This document shows positions 1-13,304 of a stretch of 64,000 nucleotides of DNA, in pieces. The stretch comes from Octopus vulgaris (Eukaryota). The stretch is taken from assembly GCA_951406725.2 (NCBI GenBank), contig OX597825.1, positions 72,850,001 to 72,914,000 of the forward strand, in the 5' to 3' direction. The notes under the pieces were generated by a model. The model did no database searches, was not told where the DNA came from, and saw nothing but the letters and a program-made list of their open reading frames with translations. Every line of letters begins with the position of its first letter. Position 1 is the stretch's first letter. A program made the position numbers and the translations under genes.

Positions 1-655
1 CTGTTATTTTTCAAAATTAAGATAAACAAAGTTCTTTTTTAAATCTAAAATATACTCTCCTTCATTTTCTACAATGCTCTTCCATCTATCTGGTAGACTT
101 GCAAAGGCCCTCTTCCAAAATTCACTTGCCAGTTATGAAAAATACTCCTCCAGTACTGTTCTGACCTTGTCTACAAAATTCATAATTTTTCCTTCAAAAT
201 GATTTTGAAGACTGTGGAATAAATGATAATCAGATGGAGTAATGCCCAGTGAATATGATAGATGGGATATTGTTTCCCATTCAAACACCTCCAGCCTTTG
301 AAATGTCATCCTCACTGTATGTGGCCAAGCATTATCCTAATGGAAGAACACCCTTTCATCTTGAAACCAAAGATGCTTATTTTTCTTCTGGCATTGACTT
401 AAGCCACTCAAGCTGCTCACAGTAGATCTCCTTTCTTATCATTTAGTTTGGGTTTAAATGTTCAAAGTGGACTAAACCTTTCATGTTCCACCAAACAGAT
501 AGCAACACCTTACTTAGGGGAAGGCCTGGGATGCTGGTGTTTCTCCTTTCCCTATCCGCTGTCTTCAGTGCTTGACATTTTTATAGAGAACCCATTTCTC
601 ATCACCAGTCACCATTTGGTCCCCCAAAAAGGTTCATTTGTGAGGCATGACAGCA
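1..655 (-). mobile_element. Decayed mariner (DD34D) transposase, C-terminal half
   Basis: Minus-strand translation gives VTGDEKWVLY, VFFH*DNAWPH, WETISHLSYSLGITPSDYHLFHSLQNHF and LPDRWKSIVENEGEY. These match the mariner TGDEKW, HDNARPH and YSPDLAPSDYHLF motifs, with stops and frameshifts. Confidence 0.9.
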
Positions 656-665
656 AAGAAGAGCA

Positions 666-1366
666 TACATCATCATCATCATCTTTTAACGTCCTCTTTC
701 CATGCTAGCATGGGTTGGACGGTTCAACTGGGGTCTGGGGAGCCCAAAGGCTGCACCAGGACAGTCAGATCTGGCAGTGTTTCTACAGCTGGATGCCCTT
801 CCTAACGCCAACCACTCCGAGAGTGTAGTGGGTGATTTTATGTACCACCGACACAGGTGCCAGACGAGGCTGGCGAACGGCCACGCTCGGATGGTGTTTT
901 TTATGTGCCACCAACACAGGTGCCAGACGAGGCTGGCAGAAGGCCACGCTCGGATGGTGTTTTTTATGTGCCACCGACACAGGTGCCAGATGAGGCTGGC
1001 AGAAGGCCACGCTCGGATGGTGTTTTTTATGTGCCACCGACACAGGTGCCAGACGAGGCTGGCGAATGGCCACGCTCGGATGGTGTTTTTTATGTGCCAC
1101 CAACACAGGTGCCAGACGAGGCTGGCAGAAGGCCACGCTCGGATGGTGTTTTTTATGTGCCACCGACACAGGTGCCAGACGAGGCTGGCAGAAGGCCACG
1201 CTCGGATGGTGTTTTTTATGTGCCACCGACACAGGTGCCAGACGAGGCTGGCGAACGGCCACGCTCGGATGGTGTTTTTTATGTGCCACCAACACAGGTG
1301 CCAGACGAGGCTGGCAGAAGGCCACGCTCGGATGGTGTTTTTTATGTGCCACCGACACAGGTGCCA
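666..1366 (-). mobile_element. RTE-related non-autonomous retroposon (family D) with (GAT)n tail and an expanded internal module
   Basis: Contains GTTGGCGTTAGGAAGGGCATCCAGCTGTAGAAA on the minus strand and a (CAT)n terminus. The same family occurs at ~8985, 9643, 15655, 19765, 38010, 38390 and 58973. Confidence 0.7.
838..1366. repeat. 63-bp tandem minisatellite (~8.4 copies) with a 189-bp higher-order unit
   Basis: TTATGTGCCACC recurs at 901, 964 and onward. The translated units show an ABC-ABC-AB variant pattern. Confidence 0.95.
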
Positions 1367-1371
1367 TACAT

Positions 1372-1665
1372 TAATATTTTATTCTGGTGGACCCCTATAG
1401 TCATTCGATGCTTAAAATTGGTTTTATAGAAACTTCTTTCAAAATTCCTATTTTGCTTTCCACACATAAACTTGTGTGGCTTTAACTATGTAAAATGCTA
1501 GAGAAAGAAACCCAGCTGTTTCTTGCAATACATACCAATACATAAATCTAAAGCAACATTTTTTTCAGTGGCCCTTAAAATACAATTTACTATTTTATTG
1601 TGTGGATCCCTCCAAATCTTATATGGACCCTTAGGGGCCATATGGAGCCTGGATGAGAACTACTA
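1372..1665 (+). mobile_element. 5'-truncated hAT/Charlie-type MITE
   Basis: Colinear with the complete copy at 25462-25803. Ends in the degenerate TIR GATGAGAACTACTA. Confidence 0.7.
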
Positions 1666-1685
1666 ATCTAGAGTAAGAACCCACT

Positions 1686-1920
1686 GTGAAGGTGTGTGGC
1701 TTACTGGTTCAGATATTCAGCTCACAGTCGTAAGGTCACAGGTTCAATACCTGGTGACACATTGCATCCTTGAGCAAGGCACTTTATTTCACGTTGCACT
1801 AGGCAACTCAGCTGGTAAAAATGAGTAATATCTATAATTCAAATGGCCAACCTTGTCACATTCTGTGTCATGCTCAATCTCTCTAAGAACTACGTTAACA
1901 GTACATGTGTCTGTGGAGTC
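1686..1920 (+). mobile_element. Old tRNA-headed SINE with CORE-like CCTTGAGCAAGGCACTTTA segment
   Basis: A-box and B-box remnants (GGTTCAATACC) are followed by the shared core. Relatives lie at ~26095-26450(-), 27523-27785(+), 42765-42968(-) and 57990-58115(-). Confidence 0.65.
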
Positions 1921-2031
1921 CAGGGGCCTAACAGCTTTAGGGGTACAATGCTTAATATGTGTATTATTTGAAGATTTGGTTGCTATTTTTAGCAGTCAGA
2001 CTGACCTTATGGAGTCTCCTTCTCTCTTAAA

Positions 2032-2567
2032 CCCTTTAGCATTCAGATTAGACGGTCAAATATAATGCTTATTTATTAACAGTTTTGAATTCATAATGCA
2101 ATATGTCATAGCTTCAAGATTTCGATGATGTGACTGTTTTTAGAATGACATTGTAAAATAGGTGTGAGAGGTCAGATCTGACCAGGTTGAACATAAAACA
2201 GGGAGAATATTTGGGCCAGATACAAAAAAAAGGGGGTGACCCCCTTCAGTCATGAATGACCATGGGATTGCACCGAGAAAGTTACCCTCCGAGGCACAAG
2301 TCCGGGCAAGGTTGTTTATGGAAGACCAGCAGTTGCCCATGTATACCAGATTCCCCTCTCCATGCCAGCGATATTATCCAAGGGAAAGGCAAAGGGTCCG
2401 ATACAGCTTGGCACCAGTGACATCACAACTCATTTCTATAGCTGATTGAACTGGAGCAACGTGAAATAAAGTATCTTGCTCAAGAACACAACATGCAGCC
2501 CAGTCCAGGAGTCGAACTCACAACCTCATGATCGTAAGCTCAATGCTCAAACCACTGAGTCATATAT

Positions 2568-2629
<62 letters not shown>

Positions 2630-3005
2630 TGAGACCCCCTTTGGTCATGAATGACCATGGGATTGCACCGAGAAAGTTCCCCTCTGAGGTACAAGTCCAG
2701 ACAAGGTTGTTTATGGAAGACCAGCAGTCATCCATGCATACCAGCCTCCCCCTCTCCATGCCACTGATGTTATCCAAGGGAAAGGCAAAGGGTCCAATAC
2801 AGCTTGGCACCAGTGACATCACAACTCATTTCTATAGCTGAGTGAACTGGAGCAATGTGAAATAAAGTATCTTGCTCAAGAACACAACATGCAGCCCAAT
2901 CTAGGAGTCGAACTCACAACCTCTTGATTGTAAGCTCAATGTTCTAATCACTGAGCCATGCACCTTCACATTTGGGCCAGATATGGCCAGTTTAAATACT
3001 AAAGG
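2032..3005 (+). mobile_element. TTAA-flanked (piggyBac-type) MITE interrupted by a SINE dimer
   Basis: Ends TTAA(A)CCCTTTAGCATT ... AATACTAAAGG-TTAA. An uninterrupted relative lies at ~62505-62728. Confidence 0.7.
2223..2969 (-). mobile_element. Tandem dimer of a tRNA(Arg)-like SINE (family B)
   Basis: Two ~330-bp copies are separated by (TA)n. The whole block is flanked by the 14-bp direct repeat ATTTGGGCCAGATA (2209-2222 and 2970-2983). Confidence 0.85.
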
Positions 3006-3565
3006 TTAATATAGTTGGTATTATAAGCTAGCAGATCTGTCAGGCAAAATGTTTCATGGCATTTCATCCATCTTTAAGTTCTGAGTTCAAATCCGGCTGA
3101 GGTCAACTTGCATTTCATCCTCTCATTCCTATCCTTCAAAATTGCTGGCCTTGTGCCAAAATAAGAAAGGATTAGTTAATAGAACCTTGAAAAAATTTAA
3201 GTATCTGTGGTTTCTGGCCAATAAATAACTGTGGGATATCCAGTACATTGTTTTGCTCTGGGGCCCATGAGATTGAAAAGACAGCGCTGAGTGGTCAGTT
3301 AGGACACTGAGCTGGGCTTAAAATGACAATAACAAGATATTTGAAAGTGAAATTTCACAAAAGGAAACAAAAGAAAAGAGGAAGGAATATTTTGGGGGGT
3401 TTTTTTATAACAATTTAATCACTTCCTTCATACTTAGTATTCTGAAGTAAACTACTTCAGATATAAGTGGTCAACACAACACCACCAACACTACCACCAC
3501 CTACCACCAGCAACGACCATCACAACAAGCCTCCACCACCACCACCACCACCACCATCTCTCTCT

Positions 3566-3614
<49 letters not shown>

Positions 3615-4006
3615 TTCTTTCTCTCTCTCTTTCTTTCTTTCTTCCCTGAGCAGAATTTCTGACCAGACTTGACCAAATTCACTTGCTGCTGCCAACCACT
3701 TTTGTATTTCTGAAGAATTTTTAACAATAAGAGATAGAAAAATATTATTTACGCACACACATACATACATGCACACACATACACACACGCACAAACATAC
3801 ACACATGCGCACACACACATACACACATGCACATATGCACACACATGCATATATACATACATTGACCTACATACATACACATATATTACATACATACATA
3901 TAACTCACACACACATACACACACACACACACCACCCCATAAGTCACACACCCATACATCCATACCAACACACACACATGCATCTATGCCCAAAACCCAT
4001 ACATAT

Positions 4007-4038
<32 letters not shown>

Positions 4039-4458
4039 GGAAAGGCAGGACTAGACAGAGAAGAGAGATGACGCTAGAGTGGAGGAGAGAGAGAGAATAG
4101 AGACAAGAGAGGGGGGTAGAGAGAGAGAGGAGTATAAAGAGAGAGAGAGGGAGAGCAATGAGAGAAAAAAAGGAGAAGTGGGAGAAAAACAAAAAAAAAT
4201 AAACTAAATTTAAAATTTACTCAGTTTTCCTTTTTTTGTTGTTGCTTTTGTAAAACAGAAAAAAAAAATGAAAATTGTGTGATATTTAAAATAACATTTC
4301 TAACTTCTGTAAATGGAAAAGAAAAAAAAGGAAAATACGGAAAATTCTGAAACATATTTGCATATATTTCATTAAAACCAGGGCTTTTAAATAAGTACAT
4401 AAATAATTAAAATGGTAAAAATAAAAAATAAATTTTCATGGGTTACTCTCTCTCTTTT

Positions 4459-4648
4459 TTTACTTGTTTCAGTCATTTTGACTGCGGCCATGCTGGAGCA
4501 CCACCTTTAGTCGAGCAACTCGACCCCGGGACTTATTCTTTGTAAGCCCAGTACTTATTCTATCGGTCTCTTTTGCCGAACCGCTAAGTTACGGGGACGT
4601 AAACACACCAGCATCGGTTGTCAAGCAATGCTAGGGGGACAAACACAG

Positions 4649-4679
<31 letters not shown>

Positions 4680-4842
4680 CGACAGGCTTCTTTCAGTTTC
4701 CGTCTACCAAATCCACTCACAAGGCATTGGTCGGCCCGGGGCTATAGCAGAAGACACTTACCCAAGATGCCACGCAGTGGGATTGAACCCGGAACCATGT
4801 GGCTGGTTAGCAAGCTACTTACCACATAGCCACTCCTGCGCC
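4459..4842 (-). mobile_element. Full-length dominant SINE (family A: tRNA head, CORE-like segment, central (TA)/(TG)n, (GTAAAAGA)n tail)
   Basis: Near-identical to the plus-strand copies at 25062, 33215, 41364 and 55913. The head reads GGCGCAGGAGTGGCTGTGTGGTAAG...GGTTCAGTCCC. Confidence 0.9.
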
Positions 4843-4884
4843 TATTTTTATTTTGGAGTGGGTCAAGAAACATTTTTCATACTT

Positions 4885-5250
4885 TCTATGTCTTGTCATA
4901 AAAGAATTTATAGTCACTACACATTTTGGCAGTGATGACTGGATTTATTTATGACAAGATAAATACAACTCGTCATAAGTTAATGGTCATAGTCACTACT
5001 TATGCTGAGTCTTGTCATAAATGTAGTTTACAGTCACAATATCTGCTGTCTTGTCTTCATAAATCAGTTTAGAGTCACAACAGGTGTCATGACTTGTCAT
5101 AAGTCAGTTTATAATCATAGTTACTAATATCTGCTGTTTCAACATAAATTGGTTCACAGTCGCTATGGATGCTGTGACTTGTCATAAATCAGTCTAGTTG
5201 TAGTTATGATACACATGCATCTTGTCATAATTTTGTTTACAACCAGAGTA
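4885..5250. repeat. Highly diverged ~42-bp minisatellite with CTTGTCATAA core
   Basis: The core recurs at ~4892, 4970, 5011, 5050, 5093, 5178 and 5221, and again at ~5658 after the Helitron. Confidence 0.7.
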
Positions 5251-5251
5251 A

Positions 5252-5645
5252 TCTATATATATAAAACTGTAGTTGTGTGAGTGTCTGTCCCCTTCGATTT
5301 AGATTCCTAACTACTACTACATTTTGCGGTGCAGTTTAACCAAAACCGGGTATCTTATAGTCGTGATTCATATCAAGCCCTTCTGGGTATTAGCGCGCGT
5401 CTACGATGAGTCTACGATTTTAAAAATAATTTACCATCATTTTTTTCCATTTTCATGCATATCTTTTTAAAGAGAAGTAACTCTCTAAAAATGTCTAATA
5501 TGCGTCAACGATTTTTTAAAAAATTTATCATCATATTTTTTCCATTTTTAATGCATTTTTTTGCTATCTTTTGGCTATAACTCTCTAAAAATGCTGTATA
5601 GTTATTTCCCTTACAAACCCGAGCAACGCCAGGCGATACTGCTAG
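5252..5645 (+). mobile_element. Non-autonomous Helitron
   Basis: Starts TCTATATATATAAAA after an A. Ends with a GC-rich subterminal segment CCCGAGCAACGCCAGGCG (imperfect hairpin) and CTAG followed by T. No TSD, and an internal ~90-bp duplication. Confidence 0.85.
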
Positions 5646-5667
5646 TTATACATACATCTTGTCATAA

Positions 5668-6050
5668 ATAAAGTTAATCCAAACATGAAAACACAAAGAG
5701 AAAACACAACAACGCGAGGACATGGAACAAGTATAGTGTAATTGGATGCTCAGGAAAGAAGGAAAGAATGGGGGGTTTAACGTTAGAAGAAAAAAAATTG
5801 CCAACAGTACACACAAGGTCACATTTGAATATATATATATATATATATAAAGTTAATCCAAACATGAAAACACAAAGAGAAAACACAACAACGCGAGGAC
5901 GTGGAACAAGTTTAGTATATTGGACACTCAGGAAAGGAAAGAAAGAAGGAGGATTTAATGTTTCGAGGGGAGCTCTTCGTCAGAAACATAGGAAAAGGAA
6001 AGATCCAAGGAAAGGAAGATGGAGAAAAGTGGAAGTAGAAGAAGGTTACA
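5668..6050 (-). mobile_element. Penelope-like pLTR fragments (two tandem partial copies) with a degenerate hammerhead at 5953-5987
   Basis: The ~110-bp segment AAAGTTAATCCAAACATGAAAACAC... is duplicated. The minus strand reads GTTT-CTGACGA-AGAGCTCCCCTC-GAAA-CATT-AAAT. Confidence 0.55.
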
Positions 6051-6449
6051 CAAGATAAGGAGTGGCTTACATCTGTGACCAAGCGCAATGGATCAAAATG
6101 TGTCAGAAGTCAAGTTTATGATCAGAGCAATTTTTTTTTTCTTTCAACTATAAGCACAAGGCTTGAAATTTTGGGGGCAAGGCTAGTCAATTACATCACC
6201 CAACCCCAGTACTCAATTGGTATTTATTTTATTGACCCCCGAAGGGATGAAAGACAAAATCAACTGCAGCAGAATTTGAACTCAGAACATAAAGCTGGGA
6301 GAAATGCTGCTAAGCATTCTGTCCAGTGCAGTAACAATTCTGCAATTTTTTTTGCTGCCCTTAAGACCCAGAATAATAAAATGGCAAGCTGTCTCAGACC
6401 TGAAGCCTATGAACCAAAGCACAGACAAAAGTCTCTCAGGGATCAAGTC

Positions 6450-6826
6450 TGAGGAGGGGGCACGGGAGGAGGAGGAGGAGGAGGAGGAGGAGGGGAGCAG
6501 TGGAGGAGGGGAGGCAGCAGAGGAGGAGAGCAGCGGAAGAGGAGAGCGGGGGAGGAGAGCAGGAGGGGAAGCAGAAGGGGCAGGGGAGGAGCAGGAGGAG
6601 GGGAAGCAGGAGAAGGGGCAGGGAAGGAGCAGGAGGAGGAGCAGGAGGAGGAGCAGGGGAGGAGCAGGAAGAGGAGCAGGGGAGAAGGAGGAGGAGGAGG
6701 AGCAGGGGAAGAGCAGGAGGAAGAGGAGGAGGAAGAGGAGCAGGGGAGGTGCATGATGATGGAGGTAGTGGTAATGATGATGATGATGATGATAACAAAG
6801 ACAGTGATGATGATGATGATGATGAT
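6450..6826. repeat. Imperfect (GGA/GCA)n purine tract followed by (GAT)n
   Basis: Direct inspection. It is the source of several low-complexity ORFs. Confidence 0.9.
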
Positions 6827-7219
6827 ACTTCCACCCCACAACAACTTGACCACAACCTGACCTCCCCACACCATCTCCTCCTATGTCCAGATGGTCTTTC
6901 CTTTCAAGCATTTGTAATTACATAGTCAGTGGGTGTGACCAAATATTGTTCTTCCTGTTGCTATTGTTGTTAATACAGTATCATGGTAGCAGACTGGTAG
7001 AATCGGTAGAGCGTTAGACAAAATGTCTGTGTTATTTAGTTAGAATCCTTTACATTCTGAGTTCAAATCCCAACAATGTTGATTTTTGCATTTTATTCTG
7101 CCAGCATTGAAAAAAATACAAAATGAAATACCAGTCATATAATGGGGTCGATTTAATCATCTATACCCTTCCCCACTACTCCCACCACCACTACAAGTGT
7201 GGCCCTGAGCCTATCTCTC

Positions 7220-7950
7220 ATCTTTTGCTTGTTTCGATCATTGGACTGCGGCCATGATGGGGCATTGTCCAGAAGAGTTTTTACTCAAAACAAATCAACC
7301 CCAGGACTTACGTCTGTTGTCAAACTCTGGTACTTATTCTATCAGTCTCTTTTACTGAACTGCTAAGTTACAGAGACATAAACAAACCAACACTGGTTGT
7401 CAAGAGGAGGAAAAGGAGGTGCAGGAGGAGGAGTGGGAAGAGCAGGAGGAGGAGTGGGAAGAGCAGGAGGAGGAGCAGGAAGAGCAGGAGGAGCAGCAGC
7501 AGCAGCAGGAGGAGGAAGAGGAGGAAAAGCAGGAGGAAGAAGAGGAGCAGCAGGAGGAAGAAGAGGAGGAGCAGGAGGAAGAAGAAGAGTAGGAAGAAGA
7601 GGAGGAAGAAGAGGAGGAGCAGGAGCAAGAGGAGGAGAAGAGGAGGAGCAAGAGGAAGAGCAGGAGGAAGAAGGGAAGGAGCAGGAGCAAGAGAAAGAAG
7701 AGGAGGAGCAGGAGGAAGAAGAAGAGGAGGAGCAGGAGGAAGAAGAGGAGGAGGGGCAGACAAATACAAACAGACCAACACACACATATACAACAGGCTT
7801 TCTCACAGTTTCCACCCTCCAAGTTCACTCACAAGGCATTGATAAGTCCAGGGCTAAATTAGAAGACATTTGCCCAAGGTGTCATGCAGTAGGACTGAAC
7901 CCAAAACTTCATGGTTGCAAAGCAAGCTTCTTAACCACATGCCAGCACCC
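7220..7950 (-). mobile_element. Diverged family A SINE with a ~350-bp (GGA/GAA/GCA)n tract in its middle
   Basis: The SINE tail half (7220-7404) and head half (7755-7950) flank the purine repeat. Confidence 0.75.
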
Positions 7951-8297
7951 ATGTTAGAAATCACTGTTACTAATAGTAGTAACAATAGTAGTAACAATAG
8001 TAGTAATATTTTAGCCCTAGGCCAGAGCTGATCCACCAAGTGTTACGGTTATGATCAGCCCATCTTTTCAAGGAGTATATAAAGACCAACTTAATTGAAT
8101 GTGTCCTTACTTTGGTATAATGCTAAGATGTGGTTTGAGGAGAAATTTGGCTGCTATTTCGTGTAGGCCAAGTAACGAGTAAAGAAGCTCACTCGCTCCC
8201 TTACCATTTTTGTTAATGTTTGTTGTTGTTGTTGTTGTTGTTGTTGCAGCTGCCAAAATACATGTAATACATCATACAATATAATAATAATATACTG

Positions 8298-8353
<56 letters not shown>

Positions 8354-9100
8354 TTATATATATCGCAATACATGAATTTAGTTATTACAGCTGCATAATT
8401 GTTGTTGCAGCTGTTGTTGTTGTTGTTATTAACATCATGGTTGGTGTTATTCTTAATCTTGTTCTTGTTGTTGTTGCTGGAAATGTTAATTCAAAATTAA
8501 AACCTAATAAAAATATTTGATATAAGTTTAATTGTTTTTACAATAAAATAAAACAGTGTCTTCTTTTTGACTAGTTTCTGTCTATCGACCTCGGTGACCC
8601 TATCGACCTCATTGACTTCACCAAGTTCATATAGAGAGCTAGGGGGGTCGCAGTTCTTTCTGCCTTAGACTATGAAATACAGAGCAATTTGCTTTCCGAA
8701 TTTATTTTTCCTCGGTGGATTGCAACATTTGAGAGTGCCATAGTGTTCTTCGTGTCTTGAGACAGCATTCACCCGGGGTGGGTTGAGCTGGCTTCATTCG
8801 TGATCTCCAACCTCTCCTTATTCCAGCGGCGAACGCCGTAGATATGGGGGCCTAGGTTGGGTTCCAGCTAGATATTGCAAACCTGGCTGATGCCATAGTG
8901 CTACACAGTTGAGAATCTTTTATCTGAAATCCCTGGGTCCTATAATGCTGCGAATTTTAGTTTTTGAGATTTTAGAACATTTTTATCATCATCATCTTCA
9001 TCATTACCATCATCGTTTCATGTCCACCTTCCATGCTGACATAGGTTGGACAGTTTGACAGGAACTGGTCAGGCTGAGGATTGCACCAGACTTCTGTGTC

Positions 9101-9575
9101 TGTTTGGGCATGGTTTTTACGGTTGGATGCCCTTCCTAACACCAACCACCCTGCAGAGTGGTCCGAGTACTTTTTACGTGGCACCAGCACATGTGAGGTC
9201 TGTTTGGGCATGGTTTTTACGGTTGGATGCCCTTCCTAACACCAACCACACTGCAGAGTGGTCCAAGTGCTTTTTACGTGGCACCAGCACATGTGAGGTC
9301 TGTTTGGGCATGGTTTTTACGGTTGGATGCCCTTCCTAACACCAACCACACTGCAGAGTGGTCCAAGTGCTTTTTACGTGGCACCAGCACATATGAGGTC
9401 AGTTTTGACATGGCTCTCACAGCTAGATGCCCTTCCTAACACCAACCACTCGGCAGAGTGGTCCGAGTGCTTTTTACGTGGCACCAGCACATGTGAGGTC
9501 AGTTTTGGCATGGTTTTTACAGCTGGATGCCCTTCCAAATGCCAACCACTTTACAGTGTGGATTGGGTGCTTTTA
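9101..9575. repeat. 100-bp tandem repeat (~4.7 copies) derived from the family D retroposon
   Basis: TGTTTGGGCA at 9101, 9201 and 9301, with variants at 9401 and 9501. Confidence 0.95.
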
Positions 9576-10025
9576 AGCAAAATATCTGTTTACCTGACAA
9601 TGTCATTCAAATCATAAACAATCACCTCATCGAAATCTCTAATCATCATCATCATTTAATGTCTGTTTTCCATGCTGGCATGGGTTGGATGGTTTGACTG
9701 AAAACTGGTAAGCTGGGGGGGGATGCACTAGGTTCCAGTCTGATTTGGCAAGGTTTCTATACCTGGATGCCGTTCCTAGTGCCAACCACTCCACGAGTGT
9801 AGTGGGTGCTTTTTACATGCCACCAGCATCGATGCCATTAATGTGACACCAGCATCAGTCACAACTATGGTCTCACTTGACTTGACAGGTCTTCGATGCA
9901 TAATTAATCCAAGAGAATGTGGACAAATAAATATTGCATCTGACAAGAATAATCTGAATGTTACACATCTGCCATTTTCCATTTTATCTTATTACTCCAT
10001 AAGTGTTAGGTTTCATGTAAAGGTA

Positions 10026-10735
10026 CAGGGTTGGGCAGAGAGAACGGACATTTTTGAAATGGCTATTACTCAGCCCCAGGAGTGGGGACATATGTCCGAC
10101 AGGTACCATTCAGTCCATGATGTCTTAGCAGTTTTTTTCCTTTTCAGGTGAAGCCATGGGTGCTGTGGACGATAGAGCATTGTGTGTTTGCCTACGACAG
10201 TTACATGAAGAATAATGAGACAGTTCAGTGTGAGTTTCGGTGTCACTTCAACATTCACTGAATTCAGGCTTTTCCCACCCGTAACACAATCTTATGTTGA
10301 GTGAATGCATTTTGTACACGAGGTACACTAATGAACAGCAGACCGGTGGGGGGACCACAAACTGTACGGACCCCGGAAATTGTAGAATGCATCAGACAAG
10401 CTTTAATATGGAGTCTGAATCACTCTGCTCGGAGGCATTCCATTGAATTTGGCATTGGTAATCGATCGGTAAGGCATATTTTGCATGAAGATCTGCATTT
10501 CCACCTGTACAAATTGGTCATTGGGCACAGGGCAATGCTGGAAAGAGTGAAGGCCAACTTCCAAGAACGCCTTCAGAAATACATCAATGAAAACGGACTC
10601 CACATGACGGATGTTGTTTTCCACACTTGATGTTGACAAATGCTAATTCAACACATTGATGTCAATAAAATTTGTTTGCAGTTAAAATTAATGATTTTGT
10701 GAATTTTTCAAAAACATCCATCTTCTCTGCCCAAC
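10026..10735 (+). mobile_element. Internally deleted Tc1/mariner-superfamily transposon (DUF4817-type HTH N-terminus plus extreme C-terminus)
   Basis: TA then CAGGGTTGGGCAGAGAGAACGGACATTTTTGAAA, with the inverted copy TTCAAAAACATCCATCTTCTCTGCCCAAC. The peptide GGPQTVRTPEIVECIRQ...SARRHSIEFGIGNRSVRHILHEDLHFHLYK is joined directly to MLERVKANFQERLQ...GLHMTDVVF. Confidence 0.85.
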
Positions 10736-11202
10736 AAAGCATTGAACATGATTACAGGGAAATAAAATGAAAATTGAAAAGAAAAAAAAAATTGGTATTT
10801 TATTTTCAAAGTAATGTATAAATAATGACACACTTCATACATAGAAATGAGATTCAAAACATGGTGATCACTGCTTACAAACTCGTGTGCCATAATGGCA
10901 CACAGAAGCTGTACTTGGTGGAACCATCTGCTGCATTTTGTCAGCAAGTGGTGGTGGTGGTGGTGGTGGTGGCAGCGGTGGTTTTATATTGTGACACATG
11001 GCCAGCAACTTTGGGAGAGGGGGTAAGTTGATAACATTGACCCCAAAAGAATGAAATACCAAGTTGACCTCAGCCAAATTAGAACTCAGAGTATAGAGAC
11101 AAACACAATGCCACCAAGCATTTTCACAGACATGCTAACATGTTAACAACTGTACCAATTTGCTGTCTTTGCCCTATATATAATAATAATAATAATAATA
11201 AC

Positions 11203-11237
<35 letters not shown>

Positions 11238-11414
11238 TAATCATCTTTTCTACTCTAGGCACAATGCCTGAAATATGGGGGGGAGGGAGCCAGTCGGTTA
11301 AATCAATCCCAGTATGCAACTGGTACTTAATTTATCGATCCCGAAAGGATAAAAGGCAAAGTTGACCTCGGAAGAATTTGAATTCATTTCGCCCTGTGCA
11401 CTAAAGTTTCTGCC

Positions 11415-11862
11415 AGGACAAAAGAGGGAAGGCAAAAATCCTCTCAGATTTTGGCTTCCAAACAGACAAGGTATTAAAGTACCGGAGGCCAGATATAGTA
11501 ACCTTTAGGAGGGATAAACAAGCATGCCTAATAATTGACATGGCAGTGCCAGGAGATCAACATATCATCATGAAAGAAAGAGAAAAGGTTGATAAATATG
11601 GAAACCTGAAAATAGAGATCGCTAAGATGTGGCAGCTACAAGAGTCAAACGTAAAGATTGTCCCTATTGTCAACAGAGCATTGGTGGGTTAATCATGTCC
11701 AATCTGAAAAAACATCTGAAAACTTTAGAAATACCCTACAATCTAGGTGTATTGCAAGTTGGCATTACTTGGAACTGCATGCATATTGTGTAAAGTACAA
11801 ACCTCCAGTAGACACAGTATCTTCAATCAACAACCTCACAATATTGTATACTGTGCGATGTC
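11415..11862 (+). mobile_element. 3' fragment of an R4/Dong-type non-LTR retrotransposon (restriction-like endonuclease domain)
   Basis: Translates to KILSDFGFQTDKVLKYRRPDIVTFRRDKQACLIIDMAVPGDQHIIMKEREKVDKYGNLKIEIAKMW...KIVPIV...ALLGTACIL. This is the PD..D / EK..KY RLE signature, with frameshifts. Confidence 0.85.
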
Positions 11863-11884
11863 TATTATTATTATTATTATTATA

Positions 11885-13304
<1,420 letters not shown>

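Noticed and set aside
702-1429. Cys/His-rich and other 21-aa repeat ORFs
   Set aside because: They are products of a 63-bp tandem array within a retroposon and are open in several frames on both strands.
4885-5250. CRISPR-like repeat/spacer appearance (also 16231-16470 and 59193-60170)
   Set aside because: Eukaryotic context, degenerate repeats, related linkers and no cas genes.
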